Below are positions 50,400 through 59,398 of a DNA stretch of 64,000 bases, piece after piece. Origin of the DNA: Longimicrobiales bacterium (lineage in GTDB: Bacteria > Gemmatimonadota > Gemmatimonadetes > Longimicrobiales > Gaopeijiaceae). The DNA lies in the NCBI GenBank assembly GCA_965198065.1, contig CBDAON010000004.1, positions 1,600,001-1,664,000 on the forward strand, in the 5' to 3' direction. Each line of letters begins with the position of its first letter. The first letter of the stretch is position 1. The translations under genes and the position numbers were made by a program. The notes under the pieces were generated by a model. The model was not told where the DNA came from and ran no database searches. It saw only the letters and a list, made by a program, of their open reading frames with translations.

Positions 50400-50643
50400 C
50401 AACAGGGCTCCAGGTGGGGTGACCGTAACGACGCCCCGCCAATAGATGAGCTACCCATAGAGGCGTCAAGCGCGTCCGGGACGCGCGACGCGAGCGCCCC
50501 GGGAGCCCGCTCGGGGGTTGGCGCCGGACACGCCGGAGGGTACCCTTGAGCGACCTGCCGAGGCAGGTTAGGCCTCGCCGGCCGCTGCCGACCCAAAGGG
50601 AGCTCCCGCCGGCAGATGGGCCACAATCGGAAGGAGGATAACC

Positions 50644-50841
50644 ATGTTTCCGAGGCTGGGTGTAATGGAGATCGTCCTGATTCTCGCGGTCGTGGTATTG
50701 TTCTTCGGAGCGAAGCGAATCCCTCAGATTGCACGGGGGCTCGGCGAGGGGATCAGGAATTTCAAGGCGGGGGTGAAGGAGCCTGAGCGCCTGGAGAAAG
50801 GGGACGCCCCCGGGCGCCCGGACGACGGGCAGAACGCCTGA
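50644..50841 (+). CDS. tatA: Twin-arginine translocase TatA/E
   Basis: TM helix, [27 protein letters not shown]. Confidence 0.93.
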   Translation: MFPRLGVMEIVLILAVVVLFFGAKRIPQIARGLGEGIRNFKAGVKEPERLEKGDAPGRPDDGQNA

Positions 50842-50860
50842 GAGCCGCCCGGTCCCGGTC

Positions 50861-52123
50861 CGCCTACGGCTCGCGGTCCTATTCCTCACTGTCTTCGTCG
50901 ACCTCGTGGGGTTCGGGATTGTCCTTCCGCTCCTCCCCCTTTACGCGGATCGATTCGGAGCGACGGGGACCTGGATCGGAGTCCTGGTCCTCTCGTACTC
51001 CGCCGCTCAACTTCTCATGGCCCCTGTGTGGGGGCGCCTCTCCGACCGCCTGGGTCGGAGGCCGATCCTCATTGTAGGGCTCCTCGGGTCGGCAGCCTCC
51101 TATGTGATCTTCGCGTACGCTGGGTCCATCTCGATGCTCCTCCTTTCCCGCATCATGGCTGGGGTGGGAGGTGCGAACATCCCTGTCGCCCAGGCATATG
51201 TAGCGGATGTCACGCCCCCGGACCGCCGGGCGGGGAACCTCGGGCTCATTGGCGCCGCCTTCGGTCTCGGATTCATCTTCGGACCCGCGATCGGGGGCGT
51301 GCTGGCACCGGTCGCGCCAGAGCTTCCGGGCCTCGCGGCCGCTGCCCTCTGCGCGGGGAACGCCCTGCTCGCCGTGTTCCTGCTTCCCGAGTCGTTGCCG
51401 CCGGACGAGCGGAAGCGGAGGGCCGAGCGGATGAGAGACGTGGACGCGCTTTCCCCGGGACTGCCCGAGAGAGCTCCGGCCAGGGGGATCCGCGACCTCC
51501 GGGCTGTGCTCGAGGCCCCGGACTTCCGCCGGGTCCTCGTGCTCTCGTTCCTCTTCATCACGGCCTTCTCGGCGATGCACCCCACGTTTCCCCTCTATGC
51601 GGTAGAGCGCTTCGGCTTGGCCGAGGCGGCCGTGGGATCGCTCTTCGCCTTCATGGGGGTGGTGTCGGCCGTGATGCAGGGCGGCGTGGTCCGCGTCCTC
51701 GCGGCTCGCCTCGGCGAGGTCGCACTCATCCGGATCTGTGCGATTCCGTTCGTCTTGGGCTTTGTCACGATCGGGCTGGCCACCTCCGTGCCGGTGCTTC
51801 TCGTCGGCCTCGCGCTCCTGGCGGCGGGCTTCGGAGGCACGTTCCCGTCGCTCACAAGCCTCCTCTCGCGCTCCGCCCCCGAGACGCTGCAGGGGAGCTC
51901 GCTCGGGATCGCCCAGAGCGCCGGAGCGCTCGCCCGGATCCTGGGGCCGCTCCTGGGCGGCGTCGTCTGGGACGCGATGGGAGCCGAGTGGCCTTACTTC
52001 GTCGCCGCCGGGATCGGGGTGACAGCTGCGATCTGGAGCGCGACGCTCCGGCAGCCGGGCGCGGCGTCCACGTCGGCGACCATCGAGCCCGCGGGATCTG
52101 TCGGGAAAACAAGGCCGACGTGA
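50861..52123 (+). CDS. MFS transporter, TetA/DHA1-like
   Basis: [20 protein letters not shown], motif [22 protein letters not shown]. Homology begins about 50861, upstream of the first in-frame standard start (GTG 50906), so the start is uncertain. Confidence 0.88.
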   Translation, partial: RLRLAVLFLTVFVDLVGFGIVLPLLPLYADRFGATGTWIGVLVLSYSAAQLLMAPVWGRLSDRLGRRPILIVGLLGSAASYVIFAYAGSISMLLLSRIMAGVGGANIPVAQAYVADVTPPDRRAGNLGLIGAAFGLGFIFGPAIGGVLAPVAPELPGLAAAALCAGNALLAVFLLPESLPPDERKRRAERMRDVDALSPGLPERAPARGIRDLRAVLEAPDFRRVLVLSFLFITAFSAMHPTFPLYAVERFGLAEAAVGSLFAFMGVVSAVMQGGVVRVLAARLGEVALIRICAIPFVLGFVTIGLATSVPVLLVGLALLAAGFGGTFPSLTSLLSRSAPETLQGSSLGIAQSAGALARILGPLLGGVVWDAMGAEWPYFVAAGIGVTAAIWSATLRQPGAASTSATIEPAGSVGKTRPT

Positions 52124-52884
52124 ACTACCGCGCGCTCGCGAACGTCGTTGTGGTGCTGGACCGGCCGCAGGATCTGGTGAACATCGCGGGGGTCGTCCGG
52201 GCCATGAAGAACATGGGCCTTCGGCGGCTGCGACTCGTCGAGCCAGCCGAGTTCGACCGCTGGCGGATCACGGGGATCGCGCATCGATCGGAGGACGTAG
52301 TCGAATCCGCGGAAATCCCGGACAGTCTCGAGGAGGCCGTCCAGGACTGCGTCCTCGTCGTGGGCACCACGGCCAGGGCCCGAACGGCGCGGCGGAACTA
52401 CGGGCGTCCGAGGGAGTGGGCTGGGCGTATCGTCGAGCGCGCGAGGCAGGGCCGAGTGGCCGTGGTCTTCGGGAGGGAGGACAAGGGCCTGTCGAACGCC
52501 GCGTTGGACCGATGCGACGGCGCGATCGTGATTCCCACGGATCCGGGGTACCAGAGCCTGAACCTCGCGCACGCGTGCCTCGTGGTGGCTTATGAGATCC
52601 TCCTGGCCGCGGAGGGCGGTACACGACCCCTCCCCAGAGGAAAGCGTTCCACCAGGCTCGCCACTCGTGGGGAGATGGAAGAGATGCTTCAGGCGCTCTC
52701 CGGGGGGCTCGGGCGCATCGACTTCTTCAAGTCTCGCTCCCCCGAGACCGTGATGCGCACGTTCCGGACGCTCCTCGCCCGGGCGGATCCGGACAGCCAG
52801 GAGGCGGGCCTCGTAAAAGCACTCGGGTTCGAGATCGCCCACTATATCGATCGAGGTGGTCGGGAGGAGGGGGCGGGCGACTAA
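52120..52884 (+). CDS. SPOUT RNA methyltransferase, TrmJ/LasT family
   Basis: NIAGVVRAMKNMG, GTTAR, VFGREDKGLSN, SLNLAHA. GTGA overlap at 52120. Confidence 0.92.
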   Translation: MNYRALANVVVVLDRPQDLVNIAGVVRAMKNMGLRRLRLVEPAEFDRWRITGIAHRSEDVVESAEIPDSLEEAVQDCVLVVGTTARARTARRNYGRPREWAGRIVERARQGRVAVVFGREDKGLSNAALDRCDGAIVIPTDPGYQSLNLAHACLVVAYEILLAAEGGTRPLPRGKRSTRLATRGEMEEMLQALSGGLGRIDFFKSRSPETVMRTFRTLLARADPDSQEAGLVKALGFEIAHYIDRGGREEGAGD

Positions 52885-53024
52885 GCCGGGGCCGCAGGCC
52901 TGGTTGTAGCCGTCGCCCGGGGACCTCTATCTTGTCGGACCGGCCAGGCGGGTCGCCGTAAGGGGATGGGGGGATGCGACGCGAAACTGCCAGCTCGCGG
53001 GTTCCTTCGGCTCGAGGGACCGGG

Positions 53025-54516
53025 ATGTCTACCGTCGAGAAGGCTTCGGCGCCGGCGTCCGTGTCCGAGCGCTACCAGGTTCTGCTCGAGATCGGGCGAA
53101 CGCTTACGGGCGTGCTGAACGACGACGAGCTCTACGCTTCCATCTATCGGGAGACGGCCCGGGTCATCGAGGCCGACGGCTTCTACATCTCCCTCTACGA
53201 CAGCGGGTCGGACGAGGCGACTGTCGTGTTCTGGGCGGACGCGGGAAAGGGGCGCCGCGCCCAGATCGTCTATCCGGGCTCGGAGAGTGAGGTGATCCGC
53301 GCGGGCCTCCCCGTGATGGTGTCGGATCGGTTGAAGGATCAATCGCTGTTGGTCCTGGGAGAGGAGGGAGATCGCGTCACCCGCTCCTCAATCTCCGCGC
53401 CGCTGATCGTGCGAGGTCAGGTCCTCGGGGTAATCAGCGCTCAGAGTTACCGCGCGAACGCGTACACCCAGGCCGACCTCGAGCTTCTGGAAGGGATCTC
53501 CGGGCTTGCCGCCGTGGCCAGCCAGAACTTCCCACGTGGAGGCGCTCGACCGCAGGCGGAGGGAGGCCGAGAACATGGAGGAGATCGTCCGGGCGCTCGT
53601 CAGCTCCCTGGACATGGAGGAGGTCCTCGTGAGAGTGGCGGACGCGGCCCTGGACCTGCTCGAGGCCGACGGTGCGACCGTGTGGCTCTTCGAGCTCGAC
53701 CTCGCGCGCGCGGCCGCGAGCCGCGGACCGATCGCCGTCGAGGTGGGGACGGCCATTCCCCTGGAGGGAGGGCTCATCGAGGCGCTCCAGGAGGAGCGAC
53801 GGGCCATGGTGCTCGAGGATGTCCGCAGCTCGAGGCTCCTCACCGAGGGGCAGCAGGCCCTGCTCCGCTCACGGTGCGCTCTCTTCGTTCCCCTGGCTCA
53901 CGGGGAGCGGGCGACCGGCGCGCTCTCGGTCGAAATGGCGAGGGCCCGGCCGTTCCGTCGGGAGGACGAGCAGCTGCTCGAGCGGCTGGCCGGGCACGCG
54001 ACCGTGGCCCTTCAGAACGCGCGCCTGCACGAGGGCCTCCAGGCGGCGTCCCTCACCGATCCGCTCACCAGGCTCCCGAACCGCCGCCACCTCGAAGTCC
54101 ACCTAGAGCGGGAGATCGCCGCCGCGCAGCGCGGGCGGAAGCTCTCGGTCGTGCTCTTCGACCTGGACAATTTCAAGCAGTACAACGACACGTTCGGACA
54201 CCTGGCCGGGGACGAGGTGCTTGAGGCGATGGGCGAGGTCCTGGCGGCGGAGACCCGGGCCATGAACCTGGTCGCGAGGTACGGCGGCGATGAGTTTGTG
54301 GCCGTCCTGTCGGACACGCCGCTCGAGGGAGCCCGGCTGCAGGCCAGACGCGTCGCGGATCGGGTCGCCCGGCACCCGGCCCTGGGCCCCCACGGCATCG
54401 GCCTGAGCGCAGGAGTAGCGGAATACAGCGAGAACGAGCACACCGTCAAGGACTTGCTTAGGGCGGCCGACGAGGACATGTACCGTTCGAAGGCGGAGAA
54501 ACAGTCGCCGGCATGA
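53025..54516 (+). pseudogene. GAF-GAF-GGDEF diguanylate cyclase split by a frameshift near 53530
   Basis: First GAF in the frame from ATG 53025 to ASQN. Second GAF plus DPLTRLPNRR, DLDNFK, RYGGDEF in the shifted frame. Confidence 0.8.
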
Positions 54517-55349
54517 CTGCCCTCGGGTCGGCGGGCGATCCGGCCGACGCAACTCGCTCGTTCCTCTCCATCGCCATCGACATTGCGGTTGGGGCCGGCG
54601 CGCTCACGCTAGACCACTTCGGCAAGGTCTGCTCCGCCGACACGAAGGCGGACGGGAGTCCCGTCACGGTAGCGGACCGCGAGACCGAGGCCTTCCTCCG
54701 GGAGGGCATTCGAGAGCGCTTTCCCGGCCATGGGATCCTCGGCGAAGAGTTCGGCGAAGACCCGGGGTCCGAGCCGATCCGGTGGATCGTGGACCCGATC
54801 GACGGCACAAGGTCGTTCGTGCAGGGCGTGCCTCTCTACGCCGTGCTCGTGGGGGTTGAGGTGGAGGGGGTACCGATGGTCGGGGTCGCCCACTTTCCGG
54901 CGCTCGCGGAGACAGTCGCGGCGGGGAGGGGGCTCGGCTGCAGCTGGGTGGGCGGGAACGGTGGTGAGCTGATGAGCGCCCGGGTGTCGGACACCGCGGA
55001 CCTCACCGCCGCGCTGGCGCTCACATCGGATCCGGGGTCGATCCTGTCGTCGGCGATCGGTCAGGGGTGGGCCGACCTCTGCCGGCGCGTGCGGGTCGTG
55101 CGAGGGTGGGGCGACGCTTACGGGCACGCGCTGGTGGCCACCGGGCGAGCGGACATCATGGTCGACCCGGTGCTGTCTCCATGGGACGCCGCCGCGCTGA
55201 TCCCGATCCTCTCGGAGGCGGGAGGGCGCTTCACCGACCTCCGGGGCGTGGAGACGCCCGACGGTGCGTCGGGCGTCTCCACCAACGGCCGCTTCCACGA
55301 CCGAGTGTTGGAGATCCTGAACGCGGGCGGGTCAGCCGCGCCTCACTGA
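54513..55349 (+). CDS. Inositol monophosphatase family, histidinol-phosphatase-like
   Basis: GEEFG, DPIDGT, WGDAYG, WDAAA. Confidence 0.88.
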   Translation: MTALGSAGDPADATRSFLSIAIDIAVGAGALTLDHFGKVCSADTKADGSPVTVADRETEAFLREGIRERFPGHGILGEEFGEDPGSEPIRWIVDPIDGTRSFVQGVPLYAVLVGVEVEGVPMVGVAHFPALAETVAAGRGLGCSWVGGNGGELMSARVSDTADLTAALALTSDPGSILSSAIGQGWADLCRRVRVVRGWGDAYGHALVATGRADIMVDPVLSPWDAAALIPILSEAGGRFTDLRGVETPDGASGVSTNGRFHDRVLEILNAGGSAAPH

Positions 55350-55377
55350 ACCGACGAGGCACGTGCGCGCCTGGGGG

Positions 55378-56679
55378 TCAGAGCGATCCCACGGGCAGCT
55401 CGGCCTCGGTCATCTCCGGCTGTGCGCTCGGTTGCCAGATCTGAACGAAGGGGAACGTGACGAGGAACCAGCGCACCGCGGTCCCGAGCAGACCCAGGAA
55501 TCCCAGCCCGATGAGCGGCTCCCAGAACGTAATCGTCGGCTCGCCGGCCACGTGGAGCGACGGGGCCACGAGGAGGAAGCGCTCGAGCCAGAGCCCGCCC
55601 AGGATGAGGGCGCAGACCGAGCCCAGCCAGGCCGGACGCATCTTGGGCGCCGCCCCGAGGAGGGAGGCGAACGGGATCACGAAGCAGAGTAGGATCACCG
55701 CGATCGAGAGCGGCCCCCACTCCGGTCCCGAGCGGTGGACGATCCACTCCTGCTCCCACGGAAGCTTGCCGTACCAGATGACCAGGTACTGCGACCAGAA
55801 CAAGTAGGTCCAGAAGACCGAGAAGGCGAAGGACAGCTTCCCGAGATCGTGAAGCTGCTGCGCCCCGATGTGCTCGTCGGCATACGGCTCGGTCCGCTTG
55901 AGGAGCACGGACCCCAGCGCGGTCGCCACGATCCCTCCCCAAAAGGCCCCCATGAAGAACCAGGCCGGGAAGAGGGTCGAGAACCAGTGGGGCTCGAGGC
56001 TCATGGCCCAGTCGATGGCGAAGAGGCTCATCACGACTGCGTAAGCGAGGACGAGTGCTGGCGCCAGGACAGTGAGCCTGGCCCAGCTCCGCTCCTCTTC
56101 GCGCTCCTGGCCGAGCCAGTCCTGCGACAGCCGCAGCCTCCAGCGTGCCCGGCCTGCGTCCCCCCCCTCGTCCGCCTCCCGCTCCGGGCCCAGGTCGGGG
56201 CGCATCGAGAGGTAGATGAAGATCAGGCTCATCGTGAAGAGGAGGAGCGCGCCCCCCACCTGTCGGGCCATTAGGAACGGGATGTTCAAGTACGCGGCCT
56301 TTCTCTGGACCACCTCATCCTCGGCCATGAGCTCGATCCACGGGAAGTAGTTCTCGCGAAGGCCCAGCATGGGGAGGAGGAGGAGGAACGCAAGTGGGAG
56401 GAACGCACCGAGGGCGAGCGAGACTCGGCGCACGGACCAGTTCCACTTCGCCTTGGTGATCGTCGTGGCCGCCGCGAGGATCATCGCGCCCAGCGCGATG
56501 CTCGTGAAGAAGAGCCAGTTCGAGACATACGCTTGCCACGCCCGGTCCGGGTTCGTGGCGAGGAGCGTGAAGAAGGAGATCGCGCCGACCGCCACGAGCC
56601 CGCCCAAGACGAGGGGGGCGCCCTTCCCACGTTCGAGGTATCGGGCCTCGACCCGCGCCGGAATCGGAATGTCGTGCAT
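55378..56679 (-). CDS. actF: Alternative complex III subunit F
   Basis: Polytopic membrane protein with DWAMSLEPHWFST, HDLGKL, SQYLVIWY. Last gene of the act operon. ATG 56679. Confidence 0.9.
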   Translation of the reverse strand: MHDIPIPARVEARYLERGKGAPLVLGGLVAVGAISFFTLLATNPDRAWQAYVSNWLFFTSIALGAMILAAATTITKAKWNWSVRRVSLALGAFLPLAFLLLLPMLGLRENYFPWIELMAEDEVVQRKAAYLNIPFLMARQVGGALLLFTMSLIFIYLSMRPDLGPEREADEGGDAGRARWRLRLSQDWLGQEREEERSWARLTVLAPALVLAYAVVMSLFAIDWAMSLEPHWFSTLFPAWFFMGAFWGGIVATALGSVLLKRTEPYADEHIGAQQLHDLGKLSFAFSVFWTYLFWSQYLVIWYGKLPWEQEWIVHRSGPEWGPLSIAVILLCFVIPFASLLGAAPKMRPAWLGSVCALILGGLWLERFLLVAPSLHVAGEPTITFWEPLIGLGFLGLLGTAVRWFLVTFPFVQIWQPSAQPEMTEAELPVGSL

Positions 56680-56705
56680 GGTCCCTGGCCTGACCTGGCG
56701 ACCCG

Positions 56706-57371
56706 CTAGAGTCCCTGGAGCCGGCGCACGTAATTCACGACGTGCCACCGGTCGAAGTGCGTGATCTGGTGCCCGTAGGGCGGCATGATGCCACGGCCCA
56801 CCCGGACGATCGAGTAGATGTAGCCGTCCGTGAGCCCCCGCGCTTCGGGGGTGAGGAGCGGACGCGTGAACGCCGCGCCGCCGGGGGCCTGGGTGACCGG
56901 ACCGTCGCCCGCGCCCGTCGTGCTGTGGCACGGCGAGCACGCCCGGTTGAAGACCTCCTCCCCGCGAGCCAGCGACTCCGGCGTGGCCTCCGCGGGATTC
57001 TCGAGGCCGTTGATCTGGGGGAAGTCGTCTGGATTCAGGAGCGCTTGGGCCACCTCGATGGCGGTCACTGGCGGCGGGACCGGGGCTCCCTCCGGCTGGC
57101 CGAGGTTCACGACCCCGGGGGCGGCCGGAAAGTTGCCCGACGCGAACGGCACGGAGCCTTCCGGGGGCAGCCGCGGGTCCTCGTACGAGCCGATGGAGGG
57201 CTGCTCCCGCATGCTCCGGCCGAAGATCGCGACCATGGCATTGTCGAGGGGCGTGCACCCGGAGGCTCCGAGCGCCACAGCGGCCACGAGAGCGCGTCGG
57301 GCCGCACGGCGCGCCGGTCCGCCGCCCACCGATCGTGCCCTGCCTCGCGGTCCCGGCGCCCACCTATCCAT
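56706..57371 (-). CDS. actE: Alternative complex III subunit E (monoheme cytochrome c lipoprotein)
   Basis: Lipobox GASGC, CSPCH, GIMPPY, DRWHVVNYVR. Confidence 0.9.
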   Translation of the reverse strand: MDRWAPGPRGRARSVGGGPARRAARRALVAAVALGASGCTPLDNAMVAIFGRSMREQPSIGSYEDPRLPPEGSVPFASGNFPAAPGVVNLGQPEGAPVPPPVTAIEVAQALLNPDDFPQINGLENPAEATPESLARGEEVFNRACSPCHSTTGAGDGPVTQAPGGAAFTRPLLTPEARGLTDGYIYSIVRVGRGIMPPYGHQITHFDRWHVVNYVRRLQGL

Positions 57372-57894
57372 GGGCTCTCCCGTCCGAGTCCTCCTCCATC
57401 CTCGCCGGACGACTGGACTCCAGGATCCGACGCGCGGCCGCGATCCGATCGGGACCGGCGGTGACGTAAACTCCGAACCGCCCCGCGGAGAGCTCCGGAT
57501 CGTACACCACGTCCGACTTGAGCGAGGGAATGCGCATGTTCCAGAGCACCCCGATCACGGTCGCGAAGACCCCGAAGAGAATCGCGAGCTCGAACGAGAT
57601 CACCACGTAGGCCGGGATTGAGACGATCGGCTTTCCGCCGGTGACAAGCGGCCAGTCCACCGCCGAGAACACCGTGAAGGCGAATCCCGTGGCTGCGCCC
57701 GTCAACCCTCCGATCAGCGTGAAGAGTCGTACCGGGCTCGACCCGTACCCGAGCGCGTCCTCGATGTGGTGCTCGGGGAACGGCGCGAAGGCCGTGATCT
57801 CCTCGAAGCCCTCCTTTCGGAGCGCCTTGATGGCCTCGACCGTTGAGTCGAGGAAGTCGTAGGAGGCGAGCACCCCCTGGTGCGACCCGCTCAT
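57364..57894 (-). CDS. actD: Alternative complex III subunit D (DUF3341)
   Basis: FAPFP, WPLVTGGKP, FELAILF. Lies between actC and actE. Confidence 0.9.
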   Translation of the reverse strand: MSGSHQGVLASYDFLDSTVEAIKALRKEGFEEITAFAPFPEHHIEDALGYGSSPVRLFTLIGGLTGAATGFAFTVFSAVDWPLVTGGKPIVSIPAYVVISFELAILFGVFATVIGVLWNMRIPSLKSDVVYDPELSAGRFGVYVTAGPDRIAAARRILESSRPARMEEDSDGRAHG

Positions 57895-57961
57895 CGGGCG
57901 CCCTCCGGTGTGCCGGGTCGGGCCTCCGCCGGGCCCGCCGAGCCGCGGCCGACCGCGGGCC

Positions 57962-59398
57962 TCATCCCTGCCCCTCCGCGGGCGCCTTCCTCCGAAGCGG
58001 TGCCGGGAGAACCTCCTTGATCTCCTGGATTGCCATTGGTGGCAGGAGGCGGGAAAAGAGGAGGAACCAGAAGAAGAACCAGGCGAAGCTCCCGGCGACG
58101 ATCCCCATCTCGGTCACGGACGGCCGGTAGTTCCCCCACGCGAACGGGACGAACTCGTGCGAAAGCGACACCACGATGATCACGAAGCGCTCGAACCACA
58201 TTCCGATGTTGATGAAGATCGAGATGACGAAGAGCGCGGGAATAGAGTGGCGCACGCGTTTGAACCAGAGGAGGATCGGGATGACGCCGTTACAGGTGAG
58301 CATCGTCCACCCCGCCCACCAGTAGCTCCCGAAGGCCCGGTTCCAGAACGCGTTCCGCTCGGGATCCTCACCCGAATACCACGACATGAAGAACTCGGTC
58401 AGGTACGCGTAGAGTACAATGAGCCCCGTCACGAGGCAGAGCTTCGCCATCGCGTCGAAGTGTTTGACCGTGAGGTATTTTTCTAGCCCGAACGCCTTCC
58501 GCATGGGGACCAGGATGGTGATTACCATCGCCACCCCCGAGAAGATCGCCCCGGCCACGAAGTACGGTGCGAAGATGGTGGCGTGCCACCCCGGCACGAT
58601 CGCCATCGCGAAGTCCCAGGACACGACCGAGTGCACGGAGAGCACGAGGGGCGTGGCCAGGGCGGCCAGGTAGAGGTAGGCCTTTGCGAAGTGGTGCCAC
58701 TGCCGGTCGGTTCCTCTCCAGCCGAAGGAGAGGAGTCTGTAGAAGCGCTGCCGAAAGCCCGGAGCCGCCTGGTCCCGTGCGGCAGCAATGTCCGGGATCA
58801 GCCCGAGCAGGAAGAAGAGCGACGACACCGTGAAGTAGGTCGAGACCGCGAACACGTCCCAGACGAGGGGCGAGCGGAAGTTCGGCCAGAGCAGCCGCTC
58901 GTTGGGATACGGGAAGAGCCAATACGCGTGCCACACCCGCCCGAGGTGGATCAGCGGGAAGAGGCCGGCCGTCATGACCGCGAACACCGTCATGGCCTCG
59001 GCGGCCCGATAGATCGACTGGCGCCACGGCGCCCGGAACAGGAACAGGATCGCCGAGATGAGCGTGCCGGAGTGGGCGATACCGACCCAGAACACGAAGG
59101 AGGTGATGTACACGCCCCATCCCACGGGTGAGTTCAGGCCCGAGAGGCCGATCCCGTTGATGATCTGGTTTCCCCAGGAGAAGGCGAGGACCCCCACGCC
59201 CGCGACCGCGAGCCCGAAGAGGAGCCACCACCCCTTCCCGGGACGTGAGAGGATCTTGAGGATGTCGACGTTGACTTCCCCGTACGTGCCGACGTCCGGG
59301 TGGGTCACCGCTCCCCGGGCACGCTCCCGATCCAGTGTCGCCGATCCCGTCACGGTCCCCGCCAGCCCACTTCCCACCTCACCGCCGGCGCTAGACAT
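57962..59398 (-). CDS. actC: Alternative complex III subunit C (NrfD/PsrC family)
   Basis: FVFWVGIAHSGTLISAIL, RAAEAMT, HLGR, NFRSPLVWDVFAV, GMWFERF. Confidence 0.95.
   Translation of the reverse strand: MSSAGGEVGSGLAGTVTGSATLDRERARGAVTHPDVGTYGEVNVDILKILSRPGKGWWLLFGLAVAGVGVLAFSWGNQIINGIGLSGLNSPVGWGVYITSFVFWVGIAHSGTLISAILFLFRAPWRQSIYRAAEAMTVFAVMTAGLFPLIHLGRVWHAYWLFPYPNERLLWPNFRSPLVWDVFAVSTYFTVSSLFFLLGLIPDIAAARDQAAPGFRQRFYRLLSFGWRGTDRQWHHFAKAYLYLAALATPLVLSVHSVVSWDFAMAIVPGWHATIFAPYFVAGAIFSGVAMVITILVPMRKAFGLEKYLTVKHFDAMAKLCLVTGLIVLYAYLTEFFMSWYSGEDPERNAFWNRAFGSYWWAGWTMLTCNGVIPILLWFKRVRHSIPALFVISIFINIGMWFERFVIIVVSLSHEFVPFAWGNYRPSVTEMGIVAGSFAWFFFWFLLFSRLLPPMAIQEIKEVLPAPLRRKAPAEGQG

Noticed and set aside
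50400..50643. Glycine riboswitch upstream of gcvH
   Set aside because: I could not recognise the aptamer motifs. The region is a short divergent intergenic with only a weak TTGACG promoter candidate.
47059..50889. 1276-aa ORF suggesting a giant GcvP fusion
   Set aside because: The extension overlaps gcvH and tatA in other frames. The real start is ATG 50013, coupled to the gcvH stop.
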